Part shown: in pieces, positions 7,850 through 17,755 of the stretch
Layout: the number at the start of each line of letters is the position of its first letter
Numbering within the stretch: the stretch's first letter is position 1
Origin: Candidatus Latescibacterota bacterium
GTDB taxonomy: Bacteria; Latescibacterota; UBA2968; UBA8231
Assembly: GCA_965243025.1 (NCBI GenBank)
Contig: CBDETY010000003.1
Span: 352,001-416,000, forward strand
Length of the DNA: 64,000 nucleotides
Direction of reading: 5' to 3'
The notes under the pieces: generated by a model
What the model was told of the DNA's origin: nothing
Database searches by the model: none
The model's input: the letters and a program-made list of their open reading frames with translations, nothing else
Position numbers and translations under genes: made by a program

Positions 7850-10021
7850 CTACCTGTCGATCCCTTTCCCCGCCCGGGCAGCCGCCAGCGCCGCCCGGGC
7901 CTTTTCCGGCTCTCCAACCGCTGCATAAGCTCCGGCCAGTGCCTGCAGCACCCGCACCGGGTCGGGAGCATCCTCCACCGCTCCCTCGAGCAGCTCGATC
8001 CCCCGCCAATAGTTCCCCGAGGCGATTTCGGTGAGCCCGAGATTGACGCGCGCCGGAGCGTAGGAGCCGTCGATCGCCAGCCCCCGCTCGAGGTAACGGC
8101 GGGCCCCGTCGACGTCCCCGGAGGCGAGGGCGGCGGCGCCGGCCGCGCTGAGGGGATCGGGGCGGTCGGGAGCCAGCTGTCCGGAGCGCTCGAAGGCTTT
8201 CACCGCCTCCCGCGGGAGGCCCGAGGCGTGCAGGGCGCGGCCGAGGTCGTAGGGGGCCGACCAGGAACCGGGATCGAGCCCGGAGGCCGCTTCAAGCTGC
8301 GGAACCGCTTCCTCCGCGCGTCCGAGACGGAGCAGCCAGCGGCCGAGGAGGTGGCGGGCTTCCACGAGCCCGGGTGCGGCGCGCACGGTCTCCGCTAACT
8401 GCACGAGCGCGGAATCGCGGGCTCCCTGCGCCCACAGGGCGCGGGCGTGCTGAAGCCGGGTGGGCGCGCGGGCAGGGTAGAGCTCCAGGGCGCGGCGGCT
8501 CGCCTTCTCCGCCTGCCGCGGGCGCTCGAGGGCGAGCCAGGCCACCGCCATGTTGTGCCAGGCGGAGGCGTAGCCGGGCTCGAGCTCGGCGGCGCGCCGG
8601 GAGTGGGCCAGCGACTCGCGCCAGCGCTCCTTGCGCAGCATGACCTCGCCGAGGTCGTGGTGCAGCTGCGCGTCCTCCGAAGTGGGGGGCGCGGCCGGAA
8701 GGTTGACGGCGATGCCCGCGGCCAGGACCGCCGCGGCCGCGGCCCCCGCCGGCCGCCAGTTCCGGGCCCGTACATGGGAGGCGATCCAGGCGGCCCCCAC
8801 CGCGGCGAACGGCAGCCAGGCCGGGGTCAGGGGGGTGCGGTAGCGGCTGGTCACGAAGAAGAGGACGATCGACAGACCGTACCCGGCGAGAAACAGGCGC
8901 AGCAGGTCGAGGGCCGGGTTCCGCTGCCGCCAGGTAACCGCCAGTCCGAGCAGGGCGAAGGGCAGGACGACGCCGTGGGGGAAGGAGATCACCTCGTCCC
9001 ACAGCAGCAGCGACAACAGGCGCGAGTGCCCGGCGGCGTAGTAGGGATCCTGGTTGCGCTTGACCTCCGGTCCTGAGAGGAGCAGCCAGGCCTTCTCCGC
9101 CAGCCGCCCGGCCCAGCCGGGGAGGTCGGAGGCGATGTCGGCGAAGGCGCGGCGCGTGAAGTAGGCGGAACGCTCCCCCGGGGACTCGTACCCCGCCTCG
9201 ACCGGCTCCGCCATGAGCCGCTCCCAGTGCATTCCCGGGTGGATGGCGACGGTGCTGTCGGCGGCGGCGTTGTTGCCGATGTAGAAGTTTACCCCGCCGT
9301 TCGCCGAGACGAGCACGAACTCGCCGCCGACCGCGGCGTTGCGCCAGGTGACCGGCCCGACGACGCAGGCGAACCCGACCAGCGCGGCCAGCAGCTGGCG
9401 GAGATACCTTCCCGCGGCCGGTCGCGGCCGCAGCCACGGGAGCGCGCAGGCGGCCAGCGCGAGGAACAGGATGATGTTCGGCCTGGTTACCGCAGCCAGT
9501 CCGCCGACGAAGCCGGCCGCCCCCCAGCGGGCGAGACCGGTTCCCTCCCGTGCCCGTGCCAGGAGCAACAGCAGGAGCAGGTAGAGGAACACCTCGAGCG
9601 CCACCGACAGCAGCTCCCCTTCGAAGTAGAGAAGCGGACCCCAGAGGGCCATGGCCGCGGCCGCCGCAGCGGCCGCCCACGCCGACGGCAGGGCGCGCAG
9701 GGAAAGGCGGTAGAGGAGCAGGCAGGAGCAGGCGCCGATCAGGGCGTGGGCAACCCGCACCGCCGCGAAGACGCCGTCGCCGAAGACCCGCAGGAACGCG
9801 GCGAGGAAATAGGGGAACATCGGCGGCTGCCAGAAGGCGTTGTCGCCGCCGAGCAGGCCGCCCGCGGCGACGAGGCGCGCCTGCTCCAGGTAGGTCCGGG
9901 CGTCGACGACCGGGGCGTCGAAGAAGGGGTTGCCGCGGCTTTCGAGCAGGTATGCCAGGCGCACCGCCAGGGCCCCGAGGAAGAGGGCACAGGGAATCCA
10001 CAGGCCCCGGCGGTCCCGCAC
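7850..10021 (-). CDS. GT-C (ArnT/PMT-like) membrane glycosyltransferase with C-terminal TPRs
   Basis: PFFDAPVVDA...FWQPP..PYFLA...YFEGELL...RPN...NFYIGNN, many TM segments, then TPR helices. Confidence 0.85.
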   Translation of the reverse strand: MRDRRGLWIPCALFLGALAVRLAYLLESRGNPFFDAPVVDARTYLEQARLVAAGGLLGGDNAFWQPPMFPYFLAAFLRVFGDGVFAAVRVAHALIGACSCLLLYRLSLRALPSAWAAAAAAAAMALWGPLLYFEGELLSVALEVFLYLLLLLLLARAREGTGLARWGAAGFVGGLAAVTRPNIILFLALAACALPWLRPRPAAGRYLRQLLAALVGFACVVGPVTWRNAAVGGEFVLVSANGGVNFYIGNNAAADSTVAIHPGMHWERLMAEPVEAGYESPGERSAYFTRRAFADIASDLPGWAGRLAEKAWLLLSGPEVKRNQDPYYAAGHSRLLSLLLWDEVISFPHGVVLPFALLGLAVTWRQRNPALDLLRLFLAGYGLSIVLFFVTSRYRTPLTPAWLPFAAVGAAWIASHVRARNWRPAGAAAAAVLAAGIAVNLPAAPPTSEDAQLHHDLGEVMLRKERWRESLAHSRRAAELEPGYASAWHNMAVAWLALERPRQAEKASRRALELYPARAPTRLQHARALWAQGARDSALVQLAETVRAAPGLVEARHLLGRWLLRLGRAEEAVPQLEAASGLDPGSWSAPYDLGRALHASGLPREAVKAFERSGQLAPDRPDPLSAAGAAALASGDVDGARRYLERGLAIDGSYAPARVNLGLTEIASGNYWRGIELLEGAVEDAPDPVRVLQALAGAYAAVGEPEKARAALAAARAGKGIDR

Positions 10022-10073
10022 CAGGCTGTGGAAGCGGCCGCTCAGGCCGGTTTCGGCGGCTGCGGCGGGGGAA

Positions 10074-10820
10074 TCAGAAGACGAGATCGGTGTATTCTTC
10101 GTGCCGGTGAAAGCTCAGCTCGGTGATGCGGGCGGTGGAGGAGAGCTCGGGGTCCTCGAGTCCGCCGCTGTAGTTGTAGCGGCAGACGGCGAACTGCCAG
10201 ACCGAACCGGGGGCAGGGGGAGCGTCCCGGCCGAAGGCGCTCCAGGGCACGGTTACCTCCACCGACCAGGAGCTGTCGGTCACGGCGACCCGCCGGGTGG
10301 CGCCGCTTGCCGGGGGAACGAACGGTACCACCTGCTCCCAGGTGATGGTTCCCCCCTTCGAGATGCGGGCGCGGTCGGGGATGTGGATGTCGAGGAGGAA
10401 ACCGTTCGGGGTCACGTGGATTTCCCAGTAGTCCGTCCGTCCGCTGCCGGGCTTGACGAAGATCTCGACGACGTCGCCGAGGGCGGGCATCTTCTGCTCG
10501 TCGCCGGTGGCCCGGGAGAAGATGTCGCTGTCGAGCAGGTGGACGTAGAACGACAGCCCCCGCCCCGTGGCGCCGGCATAGGCGACTCCCGCCTCCTCCG
10601 GAAACCTGTCCTCCCCCTCCCAGAACTGCCCGAGCGGCAGCGGCTCGCAGGCGCGGTACCTCGCTGGCCGGCGGGCGCCGAAGTCCTCGAGCGGGCCCGA
10701 GAGCTGTTGCGCCGCGATCGAGGGGTTTGGCGGAGATTCCCGTTGCCCCTGCACAGGTTGATCGTGGCAGGTGCAGAGCCCCGCCAGCAACATCCACCGG
10801 ACGACGGGTATGCCCTGCAC
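10074..10820 (-). CDS. CBM9/DOMON-like sugar-binding domain protein, probably exported
   Basis: GDVVEIFVKP...YWEIHVTPNG...WSVEVTVPWSAF...WQFAVCRYNY. The GTG start at 10820 after AAGGA is uncertain. Confidence 0.75.
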   Translation of the reverse strand: MQGIPVVRWMLLAGLCTCHDQPVQGQRESPPNPSIAAQQLSGPLEDFGARRPARYRACEPLPLGQFWEGEDRFPEEAGVAYAGATGRGLSFYVHLLDSDIFSRATGDEQKMPALGDVVEIFVKPGSGRTDYWEIHVTPNGFLLDIHIPDRARISKGGTITWEQVVPFVPPASGATRRVAVTDSSWSVEVTVPWSAFGRDAPPAPGSVWQFAVCRYNYSGGLEDPELSSTARITELSFHRHEEYTDLVF

Positions 10821-11048
10821 CGGCAGGAGTCCTTTCCGCGGCCGCTTCTCCCCCCCCGGAAGCCGGGCGGCATCCCCGCTGCCGCGGCGGTGCGGATTCC
10901 CTGGGTTTTTCGGTGTCGGGCCCTGCATGTCGTCCAAGATAAGCGGTTTCGACGGCGTGGAATAAACGCCGCATGAATTGAAAATGGCCGCCGGCTTGCG
11001 TACTGTGACGCCCATGCCGAACCCCCCCTCACCGGCCCCCCGCCCGAC

Positions 11049-12053
11049 ATGACACCCGAGTACGTCCTCAGGCGGTTCGGGGTGTTCCTGATGATCGTCT
11101 GGGCCGGGGCGACCCTGAATTTCGTCATTCCCCGCATCGCCCCGGTAAACCCGATCCGCGAGCGGCTGCTGCAGGCGGTCTCCCTGGGCGGGGCGGGAAA
11201 GGCGGACATGGAGCGGGTCGTCGCCTCGTACGAGGCGCGCTTCGGACTCGACCAGCCCCTGTGGAAACAGTACTTCCGCTATCTCGCCGACCTGGGAAGC
11301 TTCGACTTCGGCTACTCCATCGCCTTTTTCCCGACCAAAGCCCTGGACATCATCCTCGACGCCCTGCCCTGGACCCTCGGGCTGCTCGGGGTGGCGACTC
11401 TGATCTCCTTCGCCGTCGGTTCCCTGTTCGGGGCCCTGCTGGCCTGGCCGCGCAGCCCCCCGTTCCTCGGCTGGCTCGCCGCGCCTTTCCTCGCCCTGTC
11501 GGCGGTGCCCTACTACCTGCTGGGGCTGATGCTCGTCTTCGTGCTCGGGTTCACCTTCAGGCTGTTTCCCCTCGGAGGGGGATTCACCCTCGGCAGCATC
11601 CCGGTGCCGACCCTTGCGTTCGCGCTGGACGTGCTGCGCCACTCGGTCGTGCCCGCCCTGTCCATCGTGCTGGCGTCGGCCGGCTTCTGGGCCCTGTCGA
11701 TGCGGGGCATGATGGTCACCGTGCTCGGCGAGGAGTTCGTCGCCTACGCCCAGGCGCGGGGCCTGCGCGAGCGGCGGGTGTTTCTGCGCTACGCCCTGCG
11801 CAACGCCCTGCTTCCGCAGACCACCTCCCTCGGGCTGGCGATCGGGTACGTGGTGTCCGGCGCGGTGCTGGTGGAGGCGGTGTTCGCCTATCCCGGGGTG
11901 GGAACGGTGCTGCTGCGGGCGATCCAGACCTTCGACTACTTCGTCATCTACGGCGTCGTCTTCATGGTGATCCTGTCGATCGGGCTCGCCACCCTGGTGC
12001 TCGACCTCGTCTACCCGCTTCTCGATCCGCGCATCACCTACAGGGAACGGTGA
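11049..12053 (+). CDS. Opp/Dpp-type ABC transporter permease (OppB-like)
   Basis: FGLDQPLWKQY, EAA loop EEFVAYAQARGL, VEAVFAYPGVG. Confidence 0.95.
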   Translation: MTPEYVLRRFGVFLMIVWAGATLNFVIPRIAPVNPIRERLLQAVSLGGAGKADMERVVASYEARFGLDQPLWKQYFRYLADLGSFDFGYSIAFFPTKALDIILDALPWTLGLLGVATLISFAVGSLFGALLAWPRSPPFLGWLAAPFLALSAVPYYLLGLMLVFVLGFTFRLFPLGGGFTLGSIPVPTLAFALDVLRHSVVPALSIVLASAGFWALSMRGMMVTVLGEEFVAYAQARGLRERRVFLRYALRNALLPQTTSLGLAIGYVVSGAVLVEAVFAYPGVGTVLLRAIQTFDYFVIYGVVFMVILSIGLATLVLDLVYPLLDPRITYRER

Positions 12054-12061
12054 GGTCCGCA

Positions 12062-12919
12062 ATGGCCGTTCTGTCTTCCGCGCTGAGGAGCGCCCGGCGC
12101 CATCCCCACCTGACCGCCGGGCTCGCCGTCGTCGCCTTCGTCGTCGCCCTGGGGCCGGTGGGCTCCCTCTTCGTCGACACCGGGGACGCGAGGGTCGGAA
12201 CCGCGGAAGCGAACCTGGCCCCCTCTTCGGGGCATCCGCTGGGGACCGACTCGGTGGGCCGCGACGTGCTGGCGGTGATCGTCGCCGGCACCCCCCTCAC
12301 CCTGCGGATCGGGCTTCTCGCCGGCGCCGTGGGCCTCGGGATCGGGACCTTCCTCGGCTTCCTCGCGGGGTACTTCGGCGGCTGGGCGGACACCGTAATC
12401 CGGAGCGCCGCCGATGTCCTGCTCACCGTTCCGGGGCTCCTGCTGCTCGTGGTCATCGCCACGTCGCTGCGCGCCTCGGTCAGCGTCGACATGATGGCCC
12501 TCGTCATCGCCAGCCTGGCCTGGATGGTACCGACCCGGACGATCCGGGCCCAGGTCCTGTCCCTGCGCGAGCGCGCCTACGTGCAGGTGGCGCGGCTGTC
12601 GGGAATGGGGGACATGGAGATCGTCGTCCGCGAGCTGCTGCCCAACCTGCTGCCCTACCTGGCGGCCAGCTTCGTCGCCGCGGTGGCCTCGGCGGTGCTC
12701 GCATCCATCGGGCTCGAGGCCCTCGGCCTCGGCCCCCAGAACGAGCCGACCCTCGGCATGACCATCTACTGGTGCATCTACTACGCCTCCCTGCTGCGGG
12801 GCATGTGGTGGTGGTGGGTCCCGCCGGTCGCCGTCATCGTCCTCATCTTCATCGGCCTTTTCCTCGTCTCCATGGGGTTGGACCGCGTCGCCAATCCCCG
12901 GCTGCAGAAGGCTCCGTGA
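12062..12919 (+). CDS. Opp/Dpp-type ABC transporter permease (OppC-like)
   Basis: HPLGTDSVGRDV, LRERAYVQVARLSG, ELLPNL, WWWW.PP. Confidence 0.95.
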   Translation: MAVLSSALRSARRHPHLTAGLAVVAFVVALGPVGSLFVDTGDARVGTAEANLAPSSGHPLGTDSVGRDVLAVIVAGTPLTLRIGLLAGAVGLGIGTFLGFLAGYFGGWADTVIRSAADVLLTVPGLLLLVVIATSLRASVSVDMMALVIASLAWMVPTRTIRAQVLSLRERAYVQVARLSGMGDMEIVVRELLPNLLPYLAASFVAAVASAVLASIGLEALGLGPQNEPTLGMTIYWCIYYASLLRGMWWWWVPPVAVIVLIFIGLFLVSMGLDRVANPRLQKAP

Positions 12920-13911
12920 GCGGGCGCGGCAGTGCCGGGGCCGCGCTCCGGGTCGAGGACCTGCGGGTATCCTACCGCACCGGGAGGGGGCCGGTGCTCG
13001 CCGCCGACGGCGTCGGCTTCAGCATCGGGCGGGGGGAGTGCCTGGGACTGGTGGGGGAGTCGGGCTCCGGCAAGTCGACGACGGCCATGGCGCTGATGCG
13101 CCTCATCCAGCCGCCCGGCATGATCGAGTCGGGCCGCGTCTGGCTCGGCGGGCAGGAGCTGCTCGGCCTCCCCGAGGAGGAGATGCGGCAGGTCCGGTTC
13201 GCCCGCGTCTCGCTGATCCCCCAGGGGGCGATGAACTCCCTCAACCCGGTGATGAGGACGGGGGACCAGATCGCCGACACCATCACCGCCCACGAGGGCG
13301 GGCTCACCCGTTCAGGGCTGGACCGGCGCGTGGCGGAGTTGCTCGCCATGGTGGAGCTGGAACCCTCCGCGGCGCGTGCCTTCCCGCACGAGCTCAGCGG
13401 CGGCATGAAGCAGCGGGTCTGCATGGCGATGGCGGTGGCCCTCGGGCCCGAGGTCATCATCGCGGACGAGCCGACCAGCGCCCTCGACGTGGTGGTGCAG
13501 AAGCGGGTCATGGAGACCTTGGGACAGCTTCAGGAGAAGCTCGACGCGGCGCTGCTGCTCGTGGGCCATGACATGGGACTCATGGCCCAGTGCGTCGACC
13601 GCATCGGCGTCATGTACGCCGGCCGGCTCGTCGAAGAAGGGGGCGTCGACGAGGTGCTGAAGTCTCCGCTCCACCCCTACACCCAGCTGCTGGTGGCAAG
13701 CCTCCCCTCCGTCGAGCAGAGAGGGGTGTTCCGCGGCATCCCCGGACTGCCCCCCTCCCTCACCGACCCGCCCGGCGGGTGCCTGTTCCACCCGCGCTGC
13801 CCCGAAGCGATGGAGCGCTGCGCTGCCGAGGCCCCCCGCCTGGAGGCGCCGGAACCGCCCCGGCAGGGCCGTCGCGTCGCCTGCCTCCTCCACGCTCCGG
13901 CTTCCCCGTGA
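12916..13911 (+). CDS. ABC transporter ATP-binding protein (OppD-like)
   Basis: GESGSGKST, FPHELSGGMKQR, ADEPTSALD, HPYT, GC.FHPRCP; GTGA overlap. Confidence 0.95.
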   Translation: MSGRGSAGAALRVEDLRVSYRTGRGPVLAADGVGFSIGRGECLGLVGESGSGKSTTAMALMRLIQPPGMIESGRVWLGGQELLGLPEEEMRQVRFARVSLIPQGAMNSLNPVMRTGDQIADTITAHEGGLTRSGLDRRVAELLAMVELEPSAARAFPHELSGGMKQRVCMAMAVALGPEVIIADEPTSALDVVVQKRVMETLGQLQEKLDAALLLVGHDMGLMAQCVDRIGVMYAGRLVEEGGVDEVLKSPLHPYTQLLVASLPSVEQRGVFRGIPGLPPSLTDPPGGCLFHPRCPEAMERCAAEAPRLEAPEPPRQGRRVACLLHAPASP

Positions 13912-15008
13912 ACGCCGTGACGCCATTGCTGGAGGTTCGCAGCGCCTCCCGGGTTTTCGGGGGCGGCGGCCTGCTGCGCCCCGGCCGCGAGGTGACCGCG
14001 GTGCGGGAGGCGGACCTGGTCCTGCCCGGAGACCGCCCGGCGGCGGTCGCCGTGGCCGGGGAGAGCGGCAGCGGCAAGACCACCCTGGCGCGGCTCATGC
14101 TCGGCATGCTGGCTCCCAGCAGCGGCGAGGTGCGCTACCGGGGATTGGAGCTGCGGCAGATGACCCGCGGGCAGCAGAGGAGGTTCCGCCGCGAGGTCCA
14201 GGGGGTCTTCCAGGATCCCTTCGAGGTCTTCAACCCCTTCTACAAGGTCGACCACGCCCTGGCGGTCCCGGTGGGCAGGTTCTATCCCGAGCTGACGGGG
14301 CAGCAGCGCCGCGAGCGCATCGAGGAGGGGCTGCGGAGCACGGGGCTGCGTCCGGAGGAGACCCTCGGACGGTATCCCCACCAGCTCAGCGGCGGCCAGC
14401 GGCAGCGGGTCATGGTGGCGCGGGCCCTGCTCCTCGACCCGCGCGTGGTCATCGCCGACGAGCCGGTGTCGATGGTCGACGCGTCGCTGCGCGCCACGAT
14501 CCTCGAAAGTCTGTACCGGAGCCACCGCGAGCGCGGCATCAGCATCGTCTACATCACCCACGACCTCACCACCGCCTTCCAGCTGTGCCGCACGATCCTG
14601 GTGATGTACGCCGGCTCCGTCGTCGAGGTGGGGGAGATGGAGCTGGTGATGAAGGAACCGAAGCACCCCTACACCCGGCTGCTGGTCGGCTCGATCCCCC
14701 ATGCCGACCCGGGGCGCCGGTGGGGAGAGGCCGCCGCCGGTCCCGGAGCGGGTCAGGGGGAAGCCGGATCGGAAGAATCTCCGGAAAGGGGTGCTGAGGC
14801 GGTCGAAGCGGACGCGGCCCCGGAGGGAGAAAGCGGGCAGGGCTGCGTGTTCGCATCCCGCTGTCCCTCGGTGACCGCGGTGTGCCGGCGGAGCCGCCCG
14901 CCGCTGCTCGAAACCGACCCGACCCGGGGGGCGGCCTGCTTCCTGTACGAGGGGGCCCGGCCGCTGGACGGCGAACGGGCCGCGACGATGACCCACGGGG
15001 AGGAATAG
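13908..15008 (+). CDS. ABC transporter ATP-binding protein (OppF-like)
   Basis: GESGSGKTT, YPHQLSGGQRQR, ADEPVSMVD, HPYT; GTGA overlap. Confidence 0.95.
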   Translation: MNAVTPLLEVRSASRVFGGGGLLRPGREVTAVREADLVLPGDRPAAVAVAGESGSGKTTLARLMLGMLAPSSGEVRYRGLELRQMTRGQQRRFRREVQGVFQDPFEVFNPFYKVDHALAVPVGRFYPELTGQQRRERIEEGLRSTGLRPEETLGRYPHQLSGGQRQRVMVARALLLDPRVVIADEPVSMVDASLRATILESLYRSHRERGISIVYITHDLTTAFQLCRTILVMYAGSVVEVGEMELVMKEPKHPYTRLLVGSIPHADPGRRWGEAAAGPGAGQGEAGSEESPERGAEAVEADAAPEGESGQGCVFASRCPSVTAVCRRSRPPLLETDPTRGAACFLYEGARPLDGERAATMTHGEE

Positions 15009-15009
15009 G

Positions 15010-16800
15010 ATGGCCGCGCGCGGACCGGGATTGGCTTTCAGCTGCATACCGCTGGCAGCGGCGGTCCTCTCGCTTTCGGCCTGCGGCGGCCCCGCGGATT
15101 CTCCCCCGCTGCGGGAGGTGCCGCGCGACCGCACCCTCGTGGTGATGAACGGCGGCCCCCACCAGTACAGCCTCTACGACAACCACAACCCCTACGTCCC
15201 GGGCTCGGACCAGGGCTTCCACTTCGGCACCCTTCCGGCGGTTTTCGAGCCGCTGATCATGTTCAACGTGCTCACCGGGGAGCACGAGAACTGGCTGGCC
15301 GAAAGCTGGGAGTACGACGCGGACTACAAGGCCATCACCCTGCGCTTGCGCGAGGGCATCCGCTGGAGCGACGGCCGTCCCCTGACCGCCGCCGACGTCG
15401 CCTTCACCATGCGCTTGCTCCTCGACAACGCCGACTCGATGGTGCACCACGCCGACCTGGCCGAATTCCTCGAGGAAGCGCAGGTCCTCGACGAGCTCAC
15501 GGTGCGGCTCGTCCTCACCAGGCCGGCCCCGGGCTTCTGGGCCAGCACCCTGAGCACCAACCACGGCATCCACGTGCTGCCCGCGCACATCTGGCGGGAC
15601 CAGGACCCCCTCGAGTTCTCCAACTACGACATCGCCAGGGGCTGGCCGGTCGGCACTGGGCCCTTCCGGCTGGTCTACGCCTCGACCCACCAGAAGACCT
15701 ACGACCGCCGCGACGACTGGTGGGCGGCCGAGACCGGGTTCAGGCCCCTTCCCGAGGTCGAGCGGGTCATGTTCGTGCCCTCGCAGGAGGAGAGCCAGGC
15801 GGCGCAGATGCTGCTGACCGACCAGGTCGACATGGGACAGATCATGCAGGTGTCGACCATGCGCGCCGTCATGGAGCGCAACCCGAAGGTGATAACCTAT
15901 TCCGGGAGAAGCCCGCCCTACGGATACATGGACTGGTGCCCGGTCGAGCTCGGCCTCAACTGCTCGGAACCCCCCTTCGACGATCCCGACATCCGCTGGG
16001 CCCTGTCCCTGGCCATCGACCGCGAGCGGCTCGTCGACCTGGCCGAGTCCGGCGCCGGCATGGTGACCGTGCACCCGTTCACGCCGTACAAATGGCTCGA
16101 ACCCCTCGACCGGTCGCTGCGGGAGATGTTCGCCCGCTACGGCTGCGACACCCGGGCCCACCCGGAGCGCGTCGCCGGAATCATGGAGAGCAAGGGGTAC
16201 CGCAGGGACGCCGAGGGTTTCTGGGTGGACGCGGAAGGGGAGCGGATGGCCCTGAACATCTACATCCATCACGTGCTGAAACCCTACGGCCCGCCCCTCG
16301 TCCAGCAGCTGCGCGACGCCGGCTTCGACGCCACCTTCGACACCTCTCCCGGCCTGGGGTCGCTGACCCAGACAGGGGAGCAGCCGATCGCCCTCGGGTG
16401 CCGGGGCCCGAGCGGAGTGCGCGGCATGGACCCCTACTTCATGCTCTCGATCTACACCTCGAGGTATTTCCGGCCGACGGGAAAGCCGGCGCCGCTGTGG
16501 TGGGCGACCTCGCGCTGGCGCAACGAGGAGTACGACCGCATCGTCGAGCGGGTGCAGCCGCTTCACGTCGACGACGCGGAGCTGATGCCCCTGGTCCGCG
16601 AAGCCATGGAGATCTGGGTGCGGGAGATGCCGGACATCTACCTTTCGCTGCTGATCATCCGCTATCCCATGAACACCAGCAGATGGGTCGGCTGGCCGAC
16701 CGAGGATTCCCCCTACGGCTTTCCCCACTCCTGGCAGTGGGAGTTCCTCAAGACCCTTTTGCGGCTGCGGCCGGCGGATTCCCCGGAAGCGGCCGGATGA
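15010..16800 (+). CDS. Family 5 ABC substrate-binding lipoprotein (possibly oligosaccharide-binding)
   Basis: Lipobox LSAC; LAESWEY, LREGIRWSDGRPLTAADVAFT, PVGTGPF, PFDDPDIRWALSLAIDR. Confidence 0.93.
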   Translation: MAARGPGLAFSCIPLAAAVLSLSACGGPADSPPLREVPRDRTLVVMNGGPHQYSLYDNHNPYVPGSDQGFHFGTLPAVFEPLIMFNVLTGEHENWLAESWEYDADYKAITLRLREGIRWSDGRPLTAADVAFTMRLLLDNADSMVHHADLAEFLEEAQVLDELTVRLVLTRPAPGFWASTLSTNHGIHVLPAHIWRDQDPLEFSNYDIARGWPVGTGPFRLVYASTHQKTYDRRDDWWAAETGFRPLPEVERVMFVPSQEESQAAQMLLTDQVDMGQIMQVSTMRAVMERNPKVITYSGRSPPYGYMDWCPVELGLNCSEPPFDDPDIRWALSLAIDRERLVDLAESGAGMVTVHPFTPYKWLEPLDRSLREMFARYGCDTRAHPERVAGIMESKGYRRDAEGFWVDAEGERMALNIYIHHVLKPYGPPLVQQLRDAGFDATFDTSPGLGSLTQTGEQPIALGCRGPSGVRGMDPYFMLSIYTSRYFRPTGKPAPLWWATSRWRNEEYDRIVERVQPLHVDDAELMPLVREAMEIWVREMPDIYLSLLIIRYPMNTSRWVGWPTEDSPYGFPHSWQWEFLKTLLRLRPADSPEAAG

Positions 16801-16846
16801 AACCGGAAGCGCACTGCATTTCAGACCACGAAGAACGGAGCTCGCG

Positions 16847-17755
16847 ATGATCAAGCTGGGATTCGTAGCAGGAACCGCCTACCCCCACGCCGTCTGGTTC
16901 GCCGGCATGTTCAACGGCGTCAACGGCAAGCACAAGCACCTCAACGAGTGGATCGTCGAGCCGGCCATGGCGCAGATCGACGGGGCCCGGGTGGTCCGGG
17001 TTTTCGACGAGGACCGCCAGGCCGCGGAGAACATGGCGAAGTTCGCCGACGTGCCCGAGGTGGCCGGCTCCCTCGAGGAGATGTTCGAGGGCCTCGACGC
17101 CGTCTTCATCGGCGACGACCTCACCATGACCCACCACCAGTACGCGCCCCCTTTTCTCGACCGCGGCATTCCGACCTTCCTCGACAAGCCGTTCGGCGAC
17201 ACCGTCGCCACGGCCAGGGCCCTGGTGGACCGGGCGAAGGTCCGCAACTGTCTGTTCATGAGCACGTCCGCCCTCGTGTACGCCAGGGAGTTCGTGCCGA
17301 TCTACAGCCGCGAGAAGGACGTCGGGGAGATCGCCATGGTCAGCACCATGGGGCCGGCGGACCTGATGTGGGAGCGGCCCTTCGTCTTCTACGGCATGCA
17401 CGCGGTGACCCTCGGCCACTACATCATCGACGACCGCCCGGTCGAGGTGGTCGACGTCGGGCAGAGGGGCCGCACCGTCGTCCGCGTCAGGTACCTGAAC
17501 GGGGCCCACCTGACGGTGATGTGCCCCCACGGCGTGCCCGTCCACTACCACGCCCTCGTCCAGGGCACCAGAGGTTCCACCTACGCCGAGGGGGACGACT
17601 ACGCCTTTTTCTACTCCGCCATGCTGAAGGACTTCCTCGACATGGTCGAGAAGAAAGAGCAGACGTTCGACCTGCTGAAGGCCCTGGAAGTGCTGCAGAT
17701 CTGCTGCGCCCAGGAGGAGTCAGTGCGCACCGGGAAGGCGGTGCGGCTGGGTTGA
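16847..17755 (+). CDS. Gfo/Idh/MocA family oxidoreductase
   Basis: N-terminal Rossmann-like strand, FLDKPFG motif, FYGMHAV. Confidence 0.8.
   Translation: MIKLGFVAGTAYPHAVWFAGMFNGVNGKHKHLNEWIVEPAMAQIDGARVVRVFDEDRQAAENMAKFADVPEVAGSLEEMFEGLDAVFIGDDLTMTHHQYAPPFLDRGIPTFLDKPFGDTVATARALVDRAKVRNCLFMSTSALVYAREFVPIYSREKDVGEIAMVSTMGPADLMWERPFVFYGMHAVTLGHYIIDDRPVEVVDVGQRGRTVVRVRYLNGAHLTVMCPHGVPVHYHALVQGTRGSTYAEGDDYAFFYSAMLKDFLDMVEKKEQTFDLLKALEVLQICCAQEESVRTGKAVRLG

Noticed and set aside
14721-14842. Gly/Ala/Glu-rich insertion in the OppF-like C-terminus
   Set aside because: Low-complexity linker before the normal Cys motif; not an intein or separate domain.
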